Assembly: GCA_934149515.1 (NCBI GenBank)
Contig: CAKPFD010000005.1
Location: forward strand, 696 to 64,695
Direction of reading: 5' to 3'
DNA: 64,000 bases
From: an uncultured Bacilli bacterium
Lineage (GTDB): Bacteria; Bacillota_I; Bacilli_A; RF39; UBA660
The notes beneath the pieces are model-generated. The model had not been told where the DNA came from. It saw only the letters and a program-made list of their open reading frames with translations, and did not search any database. Numbering within the stretch: position 1 is the first letter of the stretch; each line of letters begins with the position of its first letter. Position numbers and translations under genes: made by a program. Shown here one piece after another: positions 7,758-17,018 of the stretch.

Positions 7758-10706
7758 ATGTACTTGAAAGAAATTATTACCAATGGATTTAAATCCTTTG
7801 CAGATAAAATGAATATTAAATTAGATGATGAAACAACTTGTATTGTCGGACCAAACGGTAGTGGTAAAAGTAATATTGTTGATGCTATTCGTTGGGTATT
7901 AGGAGAACAATCAGTAAAAAACCTAAGAGGCGATGGTACTATGAGCGATGTTATTTTCGCCGGAAGTGCCTCAAGAAATGCCAAAAATGCTGCCAGTGTA
8001 GAATTAGTATTTGATAATAGTGATCACTACCTAAACATTAACTACACAGAAGTATCCATCAAAAGAAGAGTCTTTCGTACTGGCGAAAATCAATACTACA
8101 TCAACCAAGAAAAATGCCGCCTAAAAGATATTATTGATCTATTTTTAGATAGTGGAATCGGAAAAGAATCCTTCAACATCATCTCACAAGGAGAAGTACA
8201 AAAAATTCTAAGTGAAAGTAAAGATGAGCGAAGAATCATTTTTGAAGAAGCAGCTGGAATATTAAAATACAAAAAAAGAAAAGAAGAAGCCCTAAGAAAA
8301 TTAGATAGAACCAACACTTCTCTAGATAGAGTAGAAGATATCATTCAAGAATTAGAAAGCCAAGTAACACCTTTAAAACACCAAGCAGAACAAGCAAAAA
8401 AATATCAAGAACTAAAAGAAAATCTAGAAAACTTAGAAATTTCTTTACTAGCATTTGATATTTATAACCTAGATCAAGAGAAAAAGCAAACAGAAACAAC
8501 ACTTCAAAAAATCGAAACAGAATTAACACAATTACTAAGTAACAGTAGTATTTTAGGAAGTGAAGAAGAAACTTTAAAACAAACACAATTAGAACAAGAA
8601 AAACGTATCAACGATAAGCAAACAAACTTATTAAAAATAACAGAAGAAGTAGCAAATTTAAATGCTCAATTAACACTTTTAAGATCTCAAAAACAAACTT
8701 CAAATCCATCAAAACAAGAAAAACTAGAAACAAACTTACGAATCGAAAAAGCAACCCTTGAAAAAGAAATGTCTTTATTAAAAGAGCAAACTAACGAAAA
8801 TAAACAAACATTGCTACATCACCAAGAAACTAGGCTAAAAAAAGAAAAAGAACTAGAAAATATAACCTCTATTAAAAAACAATTACAACAAGAATATAAT
8901 CAAACGGATAGAGAAAAAGTCTCTAACGAACATAAAATAGAGTTATTAAAACAAGAACAAGAAAGAATAACACTATTACCACGACCACTGCAAATATTAT
9001 TACAAGAAAAACAAATAACAGGGCTATTAGATGTTATCGGGAAAATCATAACAGCAAAGAATGGTTATGAACAAGCCTTAGCAACTGCTATAGCTGCTAG
9101 CAAAAACTTCATGGTCACCAAAGATGAACAAGCAGCAAAACAAGCTATTTATTATTTAAAAGAGAAAAAACTAGGAAGGGCAACTTTCTTCCCACTAGAT
9201 ATTATAAAAGCCCGTATGGTAGATGACATGACCATCCAAAAGTTACATCATCAAGAAGGATATCTTGGCATTTTAGCAGATCTTGTAGAATATGATAGTA
9301 AATTCCAGTCCATTGTCTTCAATCAATTAGGGCAAATTATTATTGCTGACAATTTAGATAATGCGACAAAAATAAGTAAAGAAATCAATCGTCGTTATAA
9401 AGTTATCACCCTAAAAGGAGATGTCATCAATGTCGGTGGTTCACTAACTGGTGGAAGTAGCATAAGATCACAAAGTGTTATTACTATCAATCAAGAAATA
9501 GAAGCCTTACAAAGAACCATCAATCAACAACAACTTCATTTACAAGAACTAATTACCAAATTAGAAAATAATCAAGAAGCACTAACGAAACACCAAGAAG
9601 AATTATTTGCTATTTCTAATCAACAAGAACAATTACAACAACTAAATAAACAACAAGAAAATAAAAAAATAGAACTCTTGCAAAAAATAGAAATCATCAC
9701 CACGCAACTAGATAATATTCAATCAACAAGTAGTGATTTAAATAAAAAAGAAGCTAAACTAATTGAAAACTATTATCAAAAAGAAACAGAAAAAGAACAA
9801 TTAGAAATCAGTTTGAATAAAGAAAAAGAACAACTAGAAAAAACCAAACAAACGCTAGAAGAAAAACAAGCAGATAATAAATACCAAAACAATCAATTAC
9901 GTGCTCAAGAAGAAAAGAAAAATAAATTGATCATTAATTTAAATAAAATTGATTTACAATTAGATACAATGCTAGAAACATTAGCACAAAACTATACCAT
10001 GACTTATGAAAAAGCAAGAGCTAACTATCCTTTAGAAATAGAAGTGGAATTAGCAAGAGCAAAAGTGGCAAATTATAAAGCAAGTATCAAACAACTAGGA
10101 ATGGTCAATCTAGCAGCAATTGAAGAATACAAAAAAGTAAGTACTAGATATGAATTTTTACTACATCAAAAAGAAGACTTAGAAAATGCTAAGAATACCT
10201 TATTTGAAATCATGGATGAAATGGATGAAGTCATGAAAGAAGAATTTATGAAGACTTTCCAACAAATAAAAGTAGAATTTAAGCAAGTTTTCAAAGAATT
10301 ATTTCACGGTGGCCAAGCAGACTTAATCTTAACGAATGAAGATGATATTTTAACAACAGGTATTGATATTGTTGCAAGCCCTCCAGGAAAGAAACTATCT
10401 ACCATCAATCTTTTATCAGGAGGAGAAAAAACATTAACGGCCATCAGCTTGTTATTTGCTATATTAAATGTTAGAACCGTTCCTTTCTGTATTTTTGATG
10501 AAGTAGAAGCAGCACTTGATGAAGCAAATGTAGATCAATTTGGAAAATATTTAAACCACTATAAAAATAAAACACAATTTTTAATTATAACGCATAAGAA
10601 AAAAACAATGGAATATGCCGACACCTTATATGGAATAACCATGCAAGAGTCAGGTGTATCGAAACTAGTCAGTGTCAAATTACAAAATAAAGAAGAATTA
10701 ATATAG
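7758..10706 (+). CDS. smc: Chromosome partition protein SMC
   Basis: N-terminal GPNGSGKSN, long coiled coils, a hinge, and a C-terminal LSGGEKTLTAISLLFAI...IFDEVEAALD. At 982 aa it is shorter than Bacillus SMC, but both head halves are present. Confidence 0.95.
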   Translation: MYLKEIITNGFKSFADKMNIKLDDETTCIVGPNGSGKSNIVDAIRWVLGEQSVKNLRGDGTMSDVIFAGSASRNAKNAASVELVFDNSDHYLNINYTEVSIKRRVFRTGENQYYINQEKCRLKDIIDLFLDSGIGKESFNIISQGEVQKILSESKDERRIIFEEAAGILKYKKRKEEALRKLDRTNTSLDRVEDIIQELESQVTPLKHQAEQAKKYQELKENLENLEISLLAFDIYNLDQEKKQTETTLQKIETELTQLLSNSSILGSEEETLKQTQLEQEKRINDKQTNLLKITEEVANLNAQLTLLRSQKQTSNPSKQEKLETNLRIEKATLEKEMSLLKEQTNENKQTLLHHQETRLKKEKELENITSIKKQLQQEYNQTDREKVSNEHKIELLKQEQERITLLPRPLQILLQEKQITGLLDVIGKIITAKNGYEQALATAIAASKNFMVTKDEQAAKQAIYYLKEKKLGRATFFPLDIIKARMVDDMTIQKLHHQEGYLGILADLVEYDSKFQSIVFNQLGQIIIADNLDNATKISKEINRRYKVITLKGDVINVGGSLTGGSSIRSQSVITINQEIEALQRTINQQQLHLQELITKLENNQEALTKHQEELFAISNQQEQLQQLNKQQENKKIELLQKIEIITTQLDNIQSTSSDLNKKEAKLIENYYQKETEKEQLEISLNKEKEQLEKTKQTLEEKQADNKYQNNQLRAQEEKKNKLIINLNKIDLQLDTMLETLAQNYTMTYEKARANYPLEIEVELARAKVANYKASIKQLGMVNLAAIEEYKKVSTRYEFLLHQKEDLENAKNTLFEIMDEMDEVMKEEFMKTFQQIKVEFKQVFKELFHGGQADLILTNEDDILTTGIDIVASPPGKKLSTINLLSGGEKTLTAISLLFAILNVRTVPFCIFDEVEAALDEANVDQFGKYLNHYKNKTQFLIITHKKKTMEYADTLYGITMQESGVSKLVSVKLQNKEELI

Positions 10707-10723
10707 CTATTCGTAAGGAAAAA

Positions 10724-10879
10724 TGCTAAAATAATGTTAGAAAGATAAAGCGTAGGTGTTAGATATGAAAGTATTCTCTATAGTAAACTTAAAGTTAACC
10801 TGGGGGGGGGTGCTTTAATCAAACACTTTATCTTTTACCATGTCAAAAACATCAGGATATAAATGTATTCTGGTTTTTT
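10724..10879 (+). promoter_or_regulatory. Conserved leader, copy L1: extended -10, sORF with G9 tract, intrinsic terminator
   Basis: tgctaaaat (10724-10732). RBS taggtg plus ATG at 10765. G9 tract at 10802-10810. Stem atcagga / ttctggt plus T6 at 10851-10879. It aligns over about 150 bp with 59290-59440. Confidence 0.6.
10765..10818 (+). CDS. Leader sORF L1 (17 codons as read: MKVFSIVNLKLTWGGVL)
   Basis: RBS plus ATG. The peptide motif N-x-K-L-T/A-W-G/E-G-G is shared with the sORFs at 45549 and 59315. One additional G would extend it to MKVFSIVNLKLTWGGGALIKHFIFYHVKNIRI, stopping inside the terminator loop. Confidence 0.35.
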   Translation: MKVFSIVNLKLTWGGVL

Positions 10880-10903
10880 GGTGTTAAAAAAACAGAAACA
10901 GAT

Positions 10904-11269
10904 ATGAATACGATGTTCCAATGCTGTTATAAATTAACAAATTTAGATGTAAGTCATTTTGATACTTCTAAAGTGACAGATATGGGGTGGATGTTTTTCG
11001 GATGTATAGGTTTAACCTCTTTAAATGTTAATAATTTTGATACCTCTAAAGTAACAGATATGTCTTATATGTTTACTGATACTGCTGGTTTAACAAGCCT
11101 TGATTTGAGAAATTTTGATACATCTAAAGTAACTAATTTCCAAAAAATGTTTAAGAATAGTTCTAACTTAAAAGAGATTAAAGTAAGTAGTAAATGGGTA
11201 GTTTCTTCTTCTGCTACAATTACTGATATGTTTACAAATTGTGGTGTATCAAGTGTTACGACTGTTTAG
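10904..11269 (+). pseudogene. BspA-type leucine-rich repeat (DUF285) gene, 5'-truncated remnant
   Basis: Three-plus repeats of FDTSKVTDMxxMF...LTSLD(L/V). There is no signal peptide. The ORF begins inside a repeat unit, and repeat-like sequence (TDMNTMF) runs up to the junction with the leader. Confidence 0.55.
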
Positions 11270-11276
11270 CTAAGAT

Positions 11277-11308
11277 AAGAAAGTTTGATTTTACTTACTT
11301 TCTTTTTC
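11277..11308 (+). terminator. Intrinsic terminator after the DUF285 fragment
   Basis: Stem aagaaagt / actttctt plus a T run. Confidence 0.6.
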
Positions 11309-11398
11309 TTTGGTTCCTTTGTCCAAAATTTATTGCATCTTTTGCTTGTGTTTTAAATATATCTTATGTATAATAAAAAGTCCACGAAAGGATGATGA

Positions 11399-12097
11399 AT
11401 GATGCCATTTCTAATAGCTTGGATTAGTATAGGTGTTGTAGCGAAAATGATAACGAAAGCAACAGAATATAAAATCAATCATATGTTAAAAGAAAAAGGA
11501 TATCAAGCAAGAGAAATTATGATGCATTTACCATTTGCTTGTTATTTATTTGCTCCCGTTGGTTTGTATTATGCTATTGATCAATATAAAAAAATAGAAC
11601 AAAATGTAGAAAAAATAATCAATCAATTTGATCAACAAGAAGAAAAAAAAGCATCTTATGTTGTTACAAATCAACAAACAGAAGAAATAAAACTAACTCA
11701 TACCTCACAAAAGATACTAGTAGTAAAACATTGTGGCGAAAAAGAAGAGGACTCCATTTGTTATATTGTACAAGACAATACACCAATTATTGTCAAATCA
11801 ACTGGTGTGTTTGATAAACTTAGCCGAAAGGAACAATATGATAGGATTGAAAAATCTTATCAACAACTACAACAGGAAACAGAAAAATATATACCATTAG
11901 CATCACTTCCTGAAATGCTAAACCCAGAAAAACCAATTTATAATATTGCTGGTTTACTAGAAAAGGAAAATGTACAACCAATAGAAGAACAAGTATTGCT
12001 AGAAACCTACCGTCAAACTGCGCTGCTTTTAAGAGAAATCAAACGAAACCACGAAGAGAAAAATAGCAATACAAGGACTTATACAAAGAAAAAATGA
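11399..12097 (+). CDS. Hypothetical membrane protein
   Basis: 232-aa ORF with two N-terminal hydrophobic segments. Its stop overlaps the next start (ATGA). Confidence 0.5.
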   Translation: MMPFLIAWISIGVVAKMITKATEYKINHMLKEKGYQAREIMMHLPFACYLFAPVGLYYAIDQYKKIEQNVEKIINQFDQQEEKKASYVVTNQQTEEIKLTHTSQKILVVKHCGEKEEDSICYIVQDNTPIIVKSTGVFDKLSRKEQYDRIEKSYQQLQQETEKYIPLASLPEMLNPEKPIYNIAGLLEKENVQPIEEQVLLETYRQTALLLREIKRNHEEKNSNTRTYTKKK

Positions 12098-13014
12098 GCT
12101 ACTATAAAATAAATAATTTAAAAATTGGAAACCCCTGGGTGAAACAACCAGTAAAATTACTACAAATAGCAGATTTACATCTTCATCCCAAAACGAATTT
12201 CAAAACTTTAAATCAAATAACATCTACTATCAATACTTTAGAAAAAGATTATATTTGTATGGTAGGTGATATGATTGATCATCCTGATTTTTTAAAGCAG
12301 CCATCCTTTCAGAAAATGTGTCTTGATTTTTTTAATGCCCTTGATGGGAAAATTTTATTTGTGCTAGGTAGTCATGATTATATGAAACACCAAAATCAAA
12401 TTGTAGAAAATGCTCTAGATTTCTTTGTGAATTTAGAAAAGACTTTACCAAACTTTTATCTTTTAAATAACAGTAGTTATGAAGATAAGAATATCTATGC
12501 TTTTGGTTATACAATTGTAAAAGAAGGATATCAAAAAGATGAAATTCTTTCTAATAATGCCATAAAAAAAGACATTTTAAGAAGAAAACAACAGCCATCA
12601 CAAAAGAGAAAACCACAACTTTTTTTATTACATTCTCCAACTATCTTTACAGATGAAAAGTTGCTTTCTTGTTTTGCTAGTGATGATTTAATTCTAGCAG
12701 GACATATGCATAATGGCCTGGTACCACCACTTCTTGATGAATTATGGGCTTCTACTGCCGGATTGATAACGCCGACAAAAAGATTTTATGCTAAGTTTGC
12801 AAGAGGCTTTCGTTCCTATTCAAACGATCAAACCATTGTAAATGTCACTTCGGCAATGACAAAACTAGCAAAAAGTAATCTCATCTTAAGTCATTTAAAT
12901 CCCATTTATCCAATAGGAATAGATACAATAACCCTTGTGAAAGCACCAAAATCTAAGATTTACACCTATCAGCAAAATTACAAAATCACCCCAAACAGGA
13001 TTGTCAAAAAGTAA
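12094..13014 (+). CDS. Metallophosphoesterase (calcineurin-like)
   Basis: DLHLH, GDMIDH, GSHD and GHMHNG motifs in the canonical order. Confidence 0.8.
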   Translation: MSYYKINNLKIGNPWVKQPVKLLQIADLHLHPKTNFKTLNQITSTINTLEKDYICMVGDMIDHPDFLKQPSFQKMCLDFFNALDGKILFVLGSHDYMKHQNQIVENALDFFVNLEKTLPNFYLLNNSSYEDKNIYAFGYTIVKEGYQKDEILSNNAIKKDILRRKQQPSQKRKPQLFLLHSPTIFTDEKLLSCFASDDLILAGHMHNGLVPPLLDELWASTAGLITPTKRFYAKFARGFRSYSNDQTIVNVTSAMTKLAKSNLILSHLNPIYPIGIDTITLVKAPKSKIYTYQQNYKITPNRIVKK

Positions 13015-13055
13015 ATATTTTGTTATTCTAATCATAGAAGAATAGAGGTAATAAA

Positions 13056-14951
13056 ATGAAAGAAACAAAGAAGGGGAATGGCTTTACCTTAATTGAATTA
13101 TTAGCAACCATTATTATTCTTGGAATTTTATCAACTGCTGTTTTTGTAGGCGTCAATTATTTGTTGAAAAACTCCCAAGCAAGATACTATGAAACATTAG
13201 AAGATATGATTATCCTAGCAGCAAAAGATTATTATTCTGATTATCATAGTCAGCTACCAACAGAAACAGGAGCAATGAGTGAAGTATCTGTTGAACAATT
13301 AGTAAAACTAAAATATCTAGATCCTGTTTATGATCACAAGAAAAAACTATGTGATGTAGAAAACAGCTTAGTAAAAGTCGTTAAAGAAAAAAATAATCAC
13401 TATGCTTATTATGTCGCCTTAATTTGTGACAATCATAAAAGTGATGAGATTACTATCAAAGATAATACAATACCAGATATTATCTTTAGCGATACCAAAG
13501 AAGGAGAAGTAGGATACAAAACCTATGAAGAAGATACAACTTTGGTAAAAGAGCAAAAAGGAACTACCAAAATAATAGTGACAATGCACTTAAAAGATAA
13601 TGATATGCTAGATAGTTATTACTATGTAGTACGTAATGATCAAAATAACATTATAAAAAGTGTTAAAGGTGTAATAGAAAACAAGCAAGAAGAAACTTTA
13701 ACTTATACAATTGAAGAAGATGGTAGTTATCAAATTGAAATACAAGTAAAAGATAAAGAAGGAAATAGAAAAGTACAAGTTAGTCCTACTTATATCTTAG
13801 ATAATAAAGCACCAGATTGTAGCATAACAGTAGAAAATAGAAGTAATTTATCAACAAACATTGATTTTACTTTTGATAAAGGAAAGCAAAATACTAAATC
13901 AACCACTTGGCAAGTAAAAAACTGGTTAACCCAAGAACCAGCAGCCTACGTGGCAAGTAAATTAAATAACCTAAAAGCTTCTATAACGGCTTTTGGAAGT
14001 AATAAAGGATACTTTAAGAGCGTTGATACCTATGGGAATTACTGTGAAATTACCACGAAAACATATAAAAGAGTACCAACAGCACCAACGATTAGTGAAT
14101 CAAGTAATGGTAGGTGGATAGATGATGATATCAAAGTAACAGGTAAAACCACTGTAAGTGTTGGCGTTGATCACTGGGAAGTAAAATCAGGAAATGGTTC
14201 ATGGAAAAGTTTGACTGGTACTACAACTACTTCTGATACAATTATTGCACCAGATAGTGGTGTTATCAAAACAGATTATTCTTATCGCTACTGTTTAACC
14301 AAAGATAGTACCTATTGTTCTATTGAAAAAACATTCCCAATTAAAATAGACACTGTAAAACCAACTGGCTCACTTATTTATACCTATAATTATGATTATT
14401 TATGCAATGGAACAGTCGTTACAAGCGATCCAGTTATTAAAGCATTTGGAACTTCATTAACAACTTGTCCGAGTGGAGTAGGAACAATTAATGATAACTG
14501 CTTTAAGTTTTCCATTAAATATCCCGAAATAAAATTACATGATGATGGAGCTGGAATTATATCAGTATCAACCAATTTTGCACCAACAATACTAGCAAAC
14601 GCAACAGATCGAACTTTCGGAGATGAAGGATATATAATTGATACTTATAGTCAAGGCGTTAATGATTACTATTATGATGGTAGTAAAAGAAATAAGGAAT
14701 ATACAGCTTATATTCCAGTTTCTAAGAAATTTACAAGTTCAACTTTATTTCAAATAGACTGGTTATTTGATTTACAAATTATAGATGGTGCTGGAAATAG
14801 AGAACAATTTATTATGGCTTCCGGTGCACAATGTGCTGTATCAACAGATTATCAAGTTAAAACTTATTGCAATAAAACCAGTCAATTTAAGCATGGTAAT
14901 ACCATTTACGCTGATTATAAAGCTTATCGAGATAAAGGATGTCCAAATTAA
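13056..14951 (+). CDS. Giant prepilin-type (type IV pilin / pseudopilin-like) protein, 631 aa
   Basis: N-terminus MKETKKGNG|FTLIELLATIIILGILSTAV is a class III signal peptide with Glu at +5. A long Thr/Asn-rich, beta-rich extension follows. Confidence 0.75.
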   Translation: MKETKKGNGFTLIELLATIIILGILSTAVFVGVNYLLKNSQARYYETLEDMIILAAKDYYSDYHSQLPTETGAMSEVSVEQLVKLKYLDPVYDHKKKLCDVENSLVKVVKEKNNHYAYYVALICDNHKSDEITIKDNTIPDIIFSDTKEGEVGYKTYEEDTTLVKEQKGTTKIIVTMHLKDNDMLDSYYYVVRNDQNNIIKSVKGVIENKQEETLTYTIEEDGSYQIEIQVKDKEGNRKVQVSPTYILDNKAPDCSITVENRSNLSTNIDFTFDKGKQNTKSTTWQVKNWLTQEPAAYVASKLNNLKASITAFGSNKGYFKSVDTYGNYCEITTKTYKRVPTAPTISESSNGRWIDDDIKVTGKTTVSVGVDHWEVKSGNGSWKSLTGTTTTSDTIIAPDSGVIKTDYSYRYCLTKDSTYCSIEKTFPIKIDTVKPTGSLIYTYNYDYLCNGTVVTSDPVIKAFGTSLTTCPSGVGTINDNCFKFSIKYPEIKLHDDGAGIISVSTNFAPTILANATDRTFGDEGYIIDTYSQGVNDYYYDGSKRNKEYTAYIPVSKKFTSSTLFQIDWLFDLQIIDGAGNREQFIMASGAQCAVSTDYQVKTYCNKTSQFKHGNTIYADYKAYRDKGCPN

Positions 14952-14966
14952 TGAGGTGGTGAAAAA

Positions 14967-15401
14967 ATGAAAAAGAAAAAAATTGCAATAGTATTAATTA
15001 TCATTGCCTTTATTCTTATCATTATAGGTGGCAGTCTTATTCTGTTTTATCCAAAAACCAAAAAAGAACAAGACATAAAAACCTATCCTTATGAATACAC
15101 TTCTTCCATCATAAAAAAAGATCATTGTGGCGATGATTTTTGCCTGACCAACTTAACAGTATATTCTACCAACACGATGGATGCTATCATTCAAGTCGAT
15201 ATTTATAATAAACAACAAACCATTAACAGTGGACAATATATGCTCATCTTTTTAGACGAAAATAAAGAACCACTAGAAGGTAGATACTTATCAATTAACG
15301 AACCAATCAAAAAAGGAAAAACCAAAACTATTAAAATCAAAACGCTTGGTGTTTACAATTTAAACTTTACCGATTATAAAATTTTAAAATTAGAAACATA
15401 G
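14967..15401 (+). CDS. Hypothetical membrane-anchored protein
   Basis: 144 aa with an N-terminal TM segment. RBS gaggtgg. Confidence 0.5.
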   Translation: MKKKKIAIVLIIIAFILIIIGGSLILFYPKTKKEQDIKTYPYEYTSSIIKKDHCGDDFCLTNLTVYSTNTMDAIIQVDIYNKQQTINSGQYMLIFLDENKEPLEGRYLSINEPIKKGKTKTIKIKTLGVYNLNFTDYKILKLET

Positions 15402-15413
15402 GAGTTAAGCAGT

Positions 15414-16970
15414 ATGAAAACAAGAAAGGAACTAAAAAAAACAGCACAAAAGACAATGAAACAGCATTACTTTCGCAATGTTATTCTTGTTTTTTTGTGT
15501 ACTTGTTTGTTAGCAGGAGGAGTTAGATATACAACTAAAAATATTTTAAATATTTCTATTCAAGATACAAAAGTAAACCAATTAATTAACCATTCAAAAC
15601 TATCAAATAGTGAAATTATCGATGAAATCCTCCAAAAAAGTACCAAAGAGAAAAAAATAGAGCAAACTCTTCAAAATAAATATACCAATGGTGTCCTTTC
15701 TTATTTAATTAATGCTACTACCAGTAGTCGTTCCTTTGTTTTTGTTATTTTAAATGGTATCAATCAGTTTATCTTCGAAGACAAAATAGCACTTGGTGTT
15801 ATCATCATATTAAGTACCATTGTAGTAGCAATTTTAGAAGTCATTTTTGTTGACACTCTAGAAGTAGGAAAAAAACGTTATTTTTTAGAACAGCGATGTT
15901 ATTATGATACGAAATTTGATCGATTGTTATTTCCTTATAAAGTAAAGAAAACTTGTCATATCGCATTCATTCTTTTAAAAAAGAAACTATTAGAATTTTT
16001 ATGGTCTTTCACTATTGTTGGTGGCTTTATAAAACACTATGAATATAGCATGATTCCATATTTACTAGCAGAAAATCCAAAAATGTCTAGTAAGGATGCA
16101 TTTCGATTATCAAAAGAATTAACAATGGGCAATAAATGGTACTTATTTACAATAGATATTTCTATGCTTGGATGGAGTCTTTTAAGATTATTAACATTTA
16201 ACTTAAGCGGCATTTTCTTTTCTGATGTTTACTATGAAGTAATATTTGCTGAAGTTTATATGAACCTAAGAAGCAAAGCTTTAGATTGTCACACTATACA
16301 TCTATTATCCGATCACCTATTAGAAGTGGAACCAAAAGAAGCAACCTATCCTGAAGAAAACTATATTGTTCCTGCTAGAAAGTGGTTGCAAGTAGATTAT
16401 CGTAAAGATTATAGCGTAACAACATATATTCTATTTTTCTTTACCTTTGCTATGATTGGTTGGGTATGGGAAGTAGTACTTCATCTATTAAATACTGGAA
16501 CATTCGTCAATCGTGGAACGATGTATGGACCATGGTTACCAATCTACGGCTTTGGTGGGGTTCTAATTTTAATTTTACTAAGGAAATTTCGTGATCAACC
16601 ATTCCAATTATTTATTGCTGCCTTTATTTTATGTGGCATTTTGGAATATTCAACAGCCTGGTACTTAGAAACTTTCAAGCATCTAAAATATTGGGATTAT
16701 ACCGGCTACTTTTTAAATATTCAAGGTCGAATTTGTTTAGAAGGACTTTTAGTGTTTGGACTTGGCGGTTGTGGTTTTACCTATATCGTTGCACCATTAC
16801 TTGATAATCTTTATCAAAAAATACCAAAAAACATCACCAACATTATTTGTGTGCTCCTGCTTAGTTTATATTTTATAGATCTAGCTTATACGAAAGTTCA
16901 TCCTAACACCGGGCAAGGAATTTCTAAGCCAGTAGCAGAAAGTGTCCTGCAAACCACTAAAAAAGTATAA
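15414..16970 (+). CDS. Polytopic membrane protein: DUF975-like N-terminal half fused to a CmpB-like (putative ABC-transporter type IV) C-terminal half
   Basis: The C-terminal segment MIGWVWEVVLHLL...NRGTMYGPWLPIYGFGG parallels VIGYLIEIINCSI...NRGFCLGPYLPIYGVS of the ORF at 20353. Confidence 0.55.
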   Translation: MKTRKELKKTAQKTMKQHYFRNVILVFLCTCLLAGGVRYTTKNILNISIQDTKVNQLINHSKLSNSEIIDEILQKSTKEKKIEQTLQNKYTNGVLSYLINATTSSRSFVFVILNGINQFIFEDKIALGVIIILSTIVVAILEVIFVDTLEVGKKRYFLEQRCYYDTKFDRLLFPYKVKKTCHIAFILLKKKLLEFLWSFTIVGGFIKHYEYSMIPYLLAENPKMSSKDAFRLSKELTMGNKWYLFTIDISMLGWSLLRLLTFNLSGIFFSDVYYEVIFAEVYMNLRSKALDCHTIHLLSDHLLEVEPKEATYPEENYIVPARKWLQVDYRKDYSVTTYILFFFTFAMIGWVWEVVLHLLNTGTFVNRGTMYGPWLPIYGFGGVLILILLRKFRDQPFQLFIAAFILCGILEYSTAWYLETFKHLKYWDYTGYFLNIQGRICLEGLLVFGLGGCGFTYIVAPLLDNLYQKIPKNITNIICVLLLSLYFIDLAYTKVHPNTGQGISKPVAESVLQTTKKV

Positions 16971-17018
16971 AAAAAGAAAATTATGTGATATAATTTACAA
17001 AGGAAATGAGGGAAAGCA

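Noticed and set aside
8096-8586. Antisense ORFs inside smc. Similar cases are dnaK (52120-52660), lepA (6154-6426, 7095-7283), the MMPL gene, A/B (47193-47534, 61054-61389) and others in the track.
   Set aside because: They are low-complexity Leu/Phe/Ser-rich translations opposite strongly supported genes. They have no RBS and are typical antisense artefacts of AT-rich, Lys/Glu-rich coding sequence.
7758-10706. SMC considered as possibly truncated (982 aa versus about 1186 aa in Bacillus).
   Set aside because: Walker A, the hinge, and the signature/Walker B/D-loop are all present in one frame. The short length reflects shorter coiled coils and not truncation.
10802-10810. Poly-G tracts considered as promoter-spacer phase-variation sites.
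   Set aside because: The tracts lie downstream of the recognisable -10 elements and inside RBS-preceded sORFs, so an effect on promoter spacing is unlikely. The translational/attenuation reading is reported as a finding instead. A homopolymer sequencing error cannot be excluded.
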